Translations under genes and position numbers: made by a program
Origin: Halocafeteria seosinensis
Taxonomy: Eukaryota
Direction of reading: 5' to 3'
Assembly (NCBI GenBank): GCA_001687465.1
Contig: LVLI01000353.1
Span: 54,202 to 74,201, forward strand
DNA: 20,000 nucleotides
The notes under the pieces: generated by a model
What the model was told of the DNA's origin: nothing
The model's input: the letters and a program-made list of their open reading frames with translations, nothing else
Database searches by the model: none
Shown here: piece after piece, positions 12,101-20,000 of the stretch
Layout: every line of letters begins with the position of its first letter
Numbering within the stretch: the stretch's first letter is position 1

Positions 12101-15100
12101 CCAGAACCACACCCAGATCGCCCACTACTTAAGGCCACTGTTCCTGTAGTCTTCGCAGCTTCCGACCGAAGTGTCACTGTACCAGAACTGCCGCTACAAC
12201 TAGAACCAGAGGAAATCTCGAAAGTACCAGAAGCAGCACCGCTCTCCGACGCAATTTGGACCGACCCCGAAGAGCTACCTATACCACTGAGGAGACTCAA
12301 AGCGCCTCCCTGGAGACAGTTCGAGGCCCCGGCAAAGAAACGTAGGTTAGCCCGAGCAGAGCTAGCGATGAGCGATACATCCCCTCCCATCCCCTCCGTA
12401 GAACCTCTTGACAGTATAACCAACGTCCCGGAATTGCTGCTATGGGACGTCCCTGTATGCACCCTAATGTAGCCACTGTTCGCTCGAAGAGAGCCCGAGC
12501 CCGTCTGAAATAACTGGTTGCCGGTTGATGTTCTCTCAGAACTTCCTGTAACTACTGACATAGCCCCACTTACACCAATTGCTGCGTTGCCTGTGAGCAT
12601 TCTCACAATCCCGGAGCCTCCTTGATTTGCATCTCCACTTTTCAGTTGAAATTTACCTGTTTTACCTGTACTTGTGCCACTAGTTACTAAGCCTACATCC
12701 CCGCTGAGTCCACAAATCGCCGCGCCACTAGTCAGCGCGACAGGAGATGCCCCTTCAAGAACATTGTTAGTCTCAGCTGAAATTTCAACAGACCCTGGTG
12801 TCATTCCCGATCCACTAATAATAGAAATGGAGCCGCTATGCGCATGGGGGGCTGTACCAGACTCTAGAACTAATTTTCCGTCTGCAGTCCCCTTTCCAGC
12901 CTCCATAGTGATGCTTCCTGAATCCAACAGAGCGTCTCCGGAATCTATAAACAAACCACCACCGCCAGTTTGACTCTCGCCCGCCAAAAACGAAATGGAG
13001 CCGGAGGCTCCATTTGTACTACCACCAGACCTCATCAGCATATCACCAGAATTGTTGCCACCGCAACCTGACGACAACTCAACCGATCCGGAGTCTCGAC
13101 CGGCTTTTGCCCCTCTTAATTCAAGAACCCCCCCTTTTTTTCCCCCAGATCCACTGCATATAGAAATTGAGCCGCCTTGTTTCTCAGCGACGCCAATTTG
13201 CATGTGAATACTTCCCGCAATCCTTCTGTCACCAGAAGAAGCAACCAAGGAGACTCCTCCAGCCTCTAGTTCAGCGTCCGCTGTTTCGACAAGAATAATG
13301 CCCGAGTCGTCGCTAGATCTACCCGTCAACAGCCGAAAGCTTCCACTGGATGCTCCGTTTCCTTGTCCCGTCAGAATCGAGACGCTACCTGTGTTACTTG
13401 TCGTCCTCCCGCTCATGAATTTAAGGGCCCCCGTATCTCCAATACTGCTCGAACCACTCCTAATCTCTACTGTGCCTGTCACACCGGAGTTTGTTGACCC
13501 TGTTCCTACGGATACCTTTCCAGAATTTGTTAATCCGACTCCATTTACAGATCCTATGCGAAACTCATCGGACCGTGGGCCACCCAGTAGAAGAATAGTT
13601 CCTCCATTGGCTTGAGAGTCGAGTGTACTCCCGGCGGACAATAGTATGCCTTTTCCGGCAAAAATCACACTTCCAGCGTCGAGATTGCTCGCACCGATGG
13701 ACAGTAGCAAGCATCCACTAACCCCATTTGTCGCGTTACCAGTAGCTAAAGTAATTGTACCACTCGCTGCTGAATTGACTGCTCCTGTTTCAAGTTGTAG
13801 CCTTCCTGTTTGTCCTTTTTCCAGACTTTTCCCAGATTTTATTGAGATTTCTCCGCTACCACCAGTTCCATCGGCATTTGCGGTAAGCATCTGCACGCTT
13901 CCTGAGGGCTGTCCCGTCCCGCTAGTAAGCTCAAGACCGCCGGCAAGCTTCCCGATAGAGTTTCCACCATGAAATACCACGTTACCCGCAACTTCTCCAC
14001 CTCCACCTATTATCGAGATATCACCGGACGAACCATTCTCTGAAGAGCCTGTTGAGTAGAAAATTGAACCGGAAGCTACTTTTGATGATCCTGTTTCAAT
14101 CTGAAGGTGCCCGCTGCTACCCTCTGTCACTGGTCCAGAAGCCAATGTCGCGGACCCGGAATGGCTCATTGCGGTTCCGGAGACAACAATGATACCACCG
14201 CTGTTCAGTGGAGTGTTCCCCGACATTATACGTATGTCACCAGTCTCGTCGGCATCGCCTGTGCTGGCAGCAATGTTACCGGAATGACGGTTCCCATTTG
14301 TAGTCTGAAGCGAGATAAAACCACTACTACTGCAAGCTTCTCCTGATGTAACTTCAATGGCACCTCCAGTACCTAGTGAGGCTGATGAAGCTCCGTAAAC
14401 AATATCTCCTCCGCTCTTCCCAACACTCTCCTTCACAATAAAAGACAGAGATCCCGAGACAGTCTTCCCCGACCCAGTTTGCAAAACTACGCTTCCACTT
14501 TTTTTGGCTGCATTTCCGGAAATTACGGTAATAGAACCAGAGTTTACGTTGCTATTCCCTGAATACATCCTTATTGTACCACTCGACCCCGTAGCTTCGG
14601 AGGTATAATATGACAGAGAACCAGAAGATTCACCTGCTCCAGTTGCTATTGAGAAAGACCCCGAAAGGCCTTCTGGCGACTCTCCGGTGTAACTCTGGAC
14701 GTACCCCGAATTCGCGTTACTACTGCCTGACGTCCGTTGAGAAATTGCCCCTCCGGCGTCACCTGAAATAACTTGAATATTTCCTCCGAAGCCTGCGTTC
14801 GTACCCTCGCCGGCATCAAAAGTGACATCTCCTGCATCGGTATTCCCTATCCCAACAAGAAGGGACATCCCCCCTCCTACTTTTGATTTCAATGTGGTGA
14901 CGGCAATAAATCCAGAGTTGCGTAAAGCGTCATTGCTTTTCATTTCGATGAACCCTGAGCCGCTACTTCCACACCCACTCTCGACAACTAGGGCACCACT
15001 TACTCCTTGGCTATCTCCGGTGAGTAGATCAACTTCCCCCGAAGTCTTCGCAGGAGGGCTACTGATGCTAATAGCACCTCCATGTCCCCTCGTTGACCTC

Positions 15101-18100
15101 CCTGAATATACATGGACACCTCCTGAACGGTTCCCGCTGCTCGTTGTGACATCTATATTCCCTCTATTCAACGCACTACCGGTGTGAATCGATACCGATC
15201 CTGAGTCTAGCTCTGCACTTCCACTTCCCAATTCGGTATTGCCACTTACTTTCCCGCTCCCAGAAAAAAGAGATAGAGCCCCCGAGTTTTGTAAGCTTGT
15301 GCTTGAAAAGAGATTAATTTCGCCTGAAGCAAGAAATGAGGACCCCGATAGGATTGAAATCGGCTGAGAATTGATATGTGCGTTTCCTCCTAACACCGCA
15401 ATAGAGCCAGAATTACCCATATTTTCATCGCCAGTAACAAACTTGAGATTTCCACTCTTGTTGGAAGATCCGCTCCCCAGTACAATATCTCCTGAAGCCG
15501 AACCTCCTCTTCCGGATAAAATTGTTACTTCACCCCCGTAAGAACACGCACTAGCACCGGCACGCAAGAAAATGTTGCCACCAAATAGTGCGTCAGAATT
15601 GGAGGAGCTCAAACTAATACTCCCGCTATCGACCAGCCCGTTCCCCGAATACAGTATGATGCTCCCTGTATCCCCTACCAATCCAGTTTTTCCCGTTTGA
15701 AAATCAAGCGAGCCTGACGTTCCGCTATTCACACTGCCCGTGTTCATCATGACACTGCCAGAGCCAGAATTGCTGGAGCCTGTTTCCATTTCAATGGGAC
15801 CTGAGGTACCCTGAAACACATTACCGGAGGCCACGAAGAGTGCACCGGATCCACCTGTAAGGCTACTACCGGTGGAAAGCTCTAAGTTGCCCGAATTTAC
15901 GCCACCATTAGAAGACAGTAACTGTATGAATCCTCCCTTCCCTGAGTTCATCCGCCCCGCCCGAAGAATACTATCGCCTCCGTTCCCAGAAAGAGAAGAG
16001 CTCCCAGCAACGATTTGTATAGAGCCCCCGTTCGATGCGCTTCCTCCAATAACAGATATTGATCCGGCATTGCTGGTACAATCACCAGTTCCTAAGAAGA
16101 CATGGCCGCTATTACCCAAACCCTGAGAGGTGCCTGTGTCTGCCAAAATGCTTCCTGTGTTAAGAAATGCGTTACCCGATACCAGTGTGATTGAACCTGA
16201 AGACGACGGAGTGCCTGGGCCGCTACTAATGAGAAGATCCCCCGAATGCCCACTCTTTGCGGCACCTGTTTCATAGTTTAGAAATCCGGAGTCTGCTGTT
16301 TGACTAGAGCCGCTTGCAAAGTGCACATTCCCGGACTCCACTCCATTTGAAGAGACTATTGACAAGCTTCCACTCTGGGTAGGAGAAGAGCCTGCTACCA
16401 CGGTAACCCTGCCACCATTGGAGTGAGAAGAGGACCCACTCGTAATCACCAGGGACCCTGCAGCTGCCCTAGAGCCACCGGCAAGCACACTGATTCCATC
16501 GCCGGAGGACTGGTTGCCTACAACGAGAGCTACGGATCCAGATTTTCCCTCAAGTGCCTTTCCAGTTTTAATGGTAAAACTGCCTGAGTTTCGGGCCTCA
16601 GACGAGAACATACTTATTGAACCGCTGCTTCCGCCACTAGATTTACCAGAATGTATACTTATTGCACCAGTTTCGGGATCAGCGGGTGAGAATAAATGAA
16701 TATATCCACTCCTAGTTTCTGCTGGTTTCCCTTCAAATACTATTGCTCCTGTAGTCTTGCCTCCGGACGAAGACCCCGACTTGGCGGACAAGAGGCCACC
16801 AATGGCATTATCGGACTTTCCTACAGCTAAAATCGCCGCACCACTTTGGGTTTGTGCTCTCCCCGTTTTGAAAAGCAACTGACCGGAATTTCCTGCCTTA
16901 GTTTCTCCGGTAAAGACGTAGATAGCTCCACTGTTCAAGCCGTTTCCTGTTGCAAGGGTTAAAATTCCTGAGGACGTTTGGCCGGTTCCGGAAGCAGCAG
17001 TAAGACTTCCTGAAGTGCCAAATTCTCCACTACCACTCACAACTGTAAGACTCCCTGAACAGCCTCTAAGTGTGTCACCAGAAAAAAGTGTAAGCTTCCC
17101 CGAGTTACCGTGTGCTTCTCCGGTTCCAATAGTGGCGCCACCGCTCTCCGTACCTACCGCGCCTCCACTTTGTAGCCGCAGCCAGCCACCACTGCCACAA
17201 ACGGAGCTGCGACCAGATCCTAGCTTTAAGTCTCCACTTCCTGAGTTGACTGAGTGTCCTGTTAACAGTGAAATGGTGCCAGTGTTGGCACACCCAGTTC
17301 CGCTTGTCACTACTAGACTCCCAGACGTAAGCCCGTCACTACCAGTAAGGATGGCCATGTTACCGGAGACGCTTCCTTTTCCCGTGTTGATAATCAAGCT
17401 ACCGCTATTCAAGTTACCCGATCCGCCAATTAAGCTGATGTGACCGCTTCCACCAAAGCTAGATGCTGCAGAAACCGCCAACACCGAACCGCTATCTCCT
17501 TCATTGGTGTCACCACTTCGAAGCTTTATTGCTCCAGAAAGATTTTTTGCAAAGGCTGTCAACAGGGAAAGGCTGCCACCGTTGTATTTGAGAGAGCTCC
17601 CCGAGACTATATCAACGCGACCACTGTCGTCCTCGCTGCCACCGGTGGAGAACAACAGGTTCCCAGCTCTATGGTGTGCCTCGCCAACAAGAATACTAAG
17701 GCCTCCACCCGCTCTGCCGCAACCAGTAATCAAATGTGCAAATCCCGAATCACCGCACACACTGTCTGAGCTTTGGAGCTGGATGCTGCCTGTGCTGAAA
17801 CGTCCGCTACCAGTGTCAACGTTTACATCCCCACTTCTCAGACCGGCCTCACCACTTGCAAGCAAAATGTGTCCACTATCGCCAACATTGGTGCTTCCTG
17901 TGTCGAGGGATATTCCGCCAGTTGTATCTTTAGAGTTCCCTGTTCTAAGACCGAATTCTCCACTGCATCCGTTCACCGAATCGGAGCTTACCAGGATAAC
18001 ATCCCCACTACCGGCTGAGCACGAATACCCACTCAGAATGCTTACGCTACCTCCGTGTCCCTGGTTTACACGTCCAGCAGCTATGCTAATCAAGCCACCA

Positions 18101-20000
18101 TTTCCCTCATTTGATACACCGGCAATCACCGACAATGGTCCGCTAGTAAGAGAAGAGTCCGAAGTGGTAATAAGGAATCCACTGGATGCACCACAGATCG
18201 ATGACCCGGTCTCCAGGTGCAAATTTCCGCTATCTCCGAGCACAACCGTACCGGAAGATATACTAAATGATCCCGATGTACCTTCGACAGAGTGTCCGGT
18301 GTGGGACGCTATAACGCCACTGCCTGTGTTTCCAAAGCTTGTCTTCAAATCCATGGGTCCACTGTCAGATTTGCTTTCTCCAGATAATACACTAAGCCTC
18401 CGAGAGTTGCCCTTCCCTGCAGAGCTCCCTCCTGCAACAAAGACATCCCCTCCATTAGCATTGGCCGTACCAACCGTGATACTAATAGATCCCGAACTCG
18501 TTCCTTGCCCAGTTGATACTAATGCAGATCCCGTGTTCTTGCCATCCCCGGTGAAAATATGCATCAGGCCTGAGTTGCTGGCTGGTCCAGACGAAACTTC
18601 GAGCCGTCCTGTGGATCCGGCAACACTATTTCCACTATGAACGGCTGTGCTGCCGCTGGTACCACTCGTCGCACAACCACTCTTCATAGAGATTGGTCCA
18701 CCATTCCCTTTTGCCCCGGACCCACTTGCCAAAAGCATTATTCCAGAGGTACCGGTTTCAGTAATCCTACCGGTCGAAAACAAGATGTCACCGCTCCTCT
18801 CTGGCGACTCGCCGCTGTTGACGTGGATGAACCCACTCTGCCCGTTACTTGCTCTACCACCAAGAATTTTCACATCTCCAGCATCTCCCGTATGGGTAGC
18901 TCCTCCTATTAATGAAATTGTTCCTGTGCTCCCATGGTTGGAATCTCCGGTAACAAAAACTGAATTTCCAGACATGTTGGTTGAGACAGCCGATGATAGA
19001 ATGTGCAGGTGACCACTGATCCCGTACACAACAGAACAACTAAGCAAGGAAACACTACCAGTGTTTCCTATATCCGTGATCCCCGTTATAATATTGATTC
19101 TTCCACTATCACCCGTTGAGAAGCTCCCTGATAAAAGCGATATACTTCCCGTATCTCCGGTTCTTGAATCTCCTGAGACAATCCGTATACACCCGGTATT
19201 CCCTGGGGTGGATTCAGTGGTGACTGATACACTCCCACTCTGTGCAACACCCTTGCCTCCATAGATCCCAATTCTACCACCATTGTTGTTTGCTGACAAA
19301 GTGTCACCACTTTGAACAAACAATGGCGTTGATTTCCCGTGTCCGGTCGTTCCTCCAAGGACAGAAACACTACCGGTAATCATGCCCGCCTGCTCTACTT
19401 GGAAAACGACTCCCCCGGTACTTAACGAGGCACTGGAACTGCGAATAGATAAAAGCCCAGTGTCTTCTTCGCCAATGCCTGTACCCAATGCAAACATTCC
19501 AGACTCCGCCAAGGCCCCATGCTCAGTTGAGAACACTAAATCGCCAGATCTGCTCCCCTTACCAGTGCTGGCGACCAGCCTGCCGGATGCGCCTTCTGCA
19601 GAACCAGATGTCATCGACAAACCTCCTCCTGTCTGCGGAGCTCTTCCTGCAGAAAGCATAATTGTACCAGCAGACTCCATGGCTGAGAATGATGATACCA
19701 CCGAGACACTACCCGTATCTCCCACATTAACATGCCCTCCATATAAGAGAGCAAAGCCTGAATTGCCATGGATCACAGGAGATGTCTTCAATACCATACT
19801 GCCACTAGATTGGCTGGAGAACGCTGACTCTAACTGTATGTCTCCAGTCTGACCAGTATCGGTGGATCCACTTGCAAGCAAAATGTGTCCACTATCGCCA
19901 ACATTGGTGCTTCCTGTGTCGAGGGATATTCCGCCAGTTGTATCTTTAGAGTTCCCTGTTCTAAGACCGAATTCTCCACTGCATCCGTTCACCGAATCGG
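1..20000 (-). CDS. Internal fragment (>=6,666 aa, partial at both ends) of a giant Gly/Ser/Thr-rich repeat protein, predicted beta-solenoid/beta-helix fibrous protein, probably surface or extracellular
   Basis: Manual translation of the minus frame gives coherent repeats throughout, for example DSVNGCSGEFGLRTGNSKDTTGGISLDTGSTNVGDSGHILLASG (19998 downward), GPISLSVGSSNKGNGGAVTIQAGDAVSNIGGALSLSSGGG (~7965-7845) and GKLTLGTGKSTDGDSGSIVLSSGISATGNSGRINISI (111-1). I found no in-frame tta/cta/tca triplet (minus-strand stop) in the many lines I checked, including most gaps between plus-strand ORFs. The ORF track lists no ORF in this frame, as expected if the frame never closes. All 29 Pro-rich plus-strand ORFs start at position mod 3 = 2, so there is no net frameshift over 20 kb. 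Confidence 0.95.
1255..1359. repeat. Direct repeat L, copy 2; matches 1-105
   Basis: tattgatatattgattcgtccgctattccccgtggc...ttccagttcccagtgttag, identical to 1-105 except one base; encodes LTLGTGKSTDGDSGSIVLSSGISATGNSGRINISI. Confidence 0.95.
7699..7965 (-). repeat. Best-conserved copy of a higher-order ~90 aa cassette (six basic units with VG / GG..AG / GG..SGxG / SG..S-T / SG / GNxG signature)
   Basis: GPISLSVGSSNKGNGGAVTIQAGDAVSNIGGALSLSSGGGSSSDSGALHIASTISKTGSTGRMSVRSGITPEGNTGPISIGSGRCSDGDSG. Similar cassettes occur at ~7260-7520, ~3180-3370, ~4380-4560, ~1020-1200 and ~240-410. Confidence 0.7.
17852..17984. repeat. Direct repeat R, copy 1; matches 19868-20000
   Basis: ccacttgcaagcaaaatgtgtccactatcgcc...gttcaccgaatcgg, 133 nt identical to the last 133 nt of the window. 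Offset 2,016 nt = 672 codons. Confidence 0.95.
19868..20000. repeat. Direct repeat R, copy 2 (truncated by right window edge); matches 17852-17984
   Basis: 133/133 identical by direct comparison; the match continues to the window edge. Confidence 0.95.

Larger units (their letters stand above)
1..20000 (-). repeat. Degenerate protein-level tandem repeat, 13-15 aa unit (S/T)G-x-h-x-h-x-(S/T)G-x(4-6), roughly 450-500 copies
   Basis: Consecutive units such as TGCIRIVSGDSRTGD / TGSISLLSGSFSTGD / SGRINIITGITDIGN / TGSVSLLS (~19200-19040). The copy number is 6,666 aa divided by ~14 aa, an estimate rather than a count. Confidence 0.9.

Noticed and set aside
2982..19370. Short 60-94 aa minus-strand ORFs in the track
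   Set aside because: All lie in the two alternative minus frames overlapping the giant CDS, are short, and have no recognisable motifs.
1..20000. Alternative genetic code, stop readthrough, programmed frameshift or pseudogene as the reason no long ORF is listed
   Set aside because: No in-frame stop or phase change was found and Trp is encoded by TGG (for example 280-282). The omission is explained by the frame having no stop inside the window.
1..20000. Assignment to RTX adhesin, collagen-like, ice-nucleation InaZ, PE-PGRS or Chlamydia Pmp families
   Set aside because: The diagnostic motifs (GGxGxDxUx, continuous Gly-X-Y, AGYGSTxT, GGAGGxGG runs, paired GGAI/FxxN) are not the repeating unit. 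Occasional GGAI matches are incidental.
1..20000. CRISPR array, tRNA/rRNA, transposon ends, promoters or terminators
   Set aside because: No conserved nucleotide repeat-spacer pattern, terminal inverted repeats or non-coding interval was seen; the whole window is coding.

Overview
The whole 20 kb window is the interior of one giant protein-coding frame on the minus strand (codons are the reverse complements of + triplets 1-3, 4-6, ...). It has at least 6,666 codons, no in-frame stop, and is open at both edges, which is why the supplied ORF track does not list it. The 29 Pro-rich plus-strand ORFs that share one frame are antisense shadows of its Gly codons. The product is a Gly/Ser/Thr-rich protein made of roughly 450-500 degenerate 13-15 aa units, (S/T)G-x-h-x-h-x-(S/T)G-x(4-6) with h hydrophobic, consistent with a very long beta-solenoid or beta-helix fibre. 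A higher-order ~90 aa 'GG' cassette recurs along it. The DNA is mostly non-repetitive except for two recent in-frame duplications that run off the edges: 1-105 = 1255-1359 (offset 1,254 nt, one synonymous mismatch) and 17852-17984 = 19868-20000 (offset 2,016 nt, identical). No start, stop, signal peptide, RNA gene, mobile element or CRISPR array is visible. The host is uncertain; a eukaryotic (stramenopile-like) origin is my best inference.
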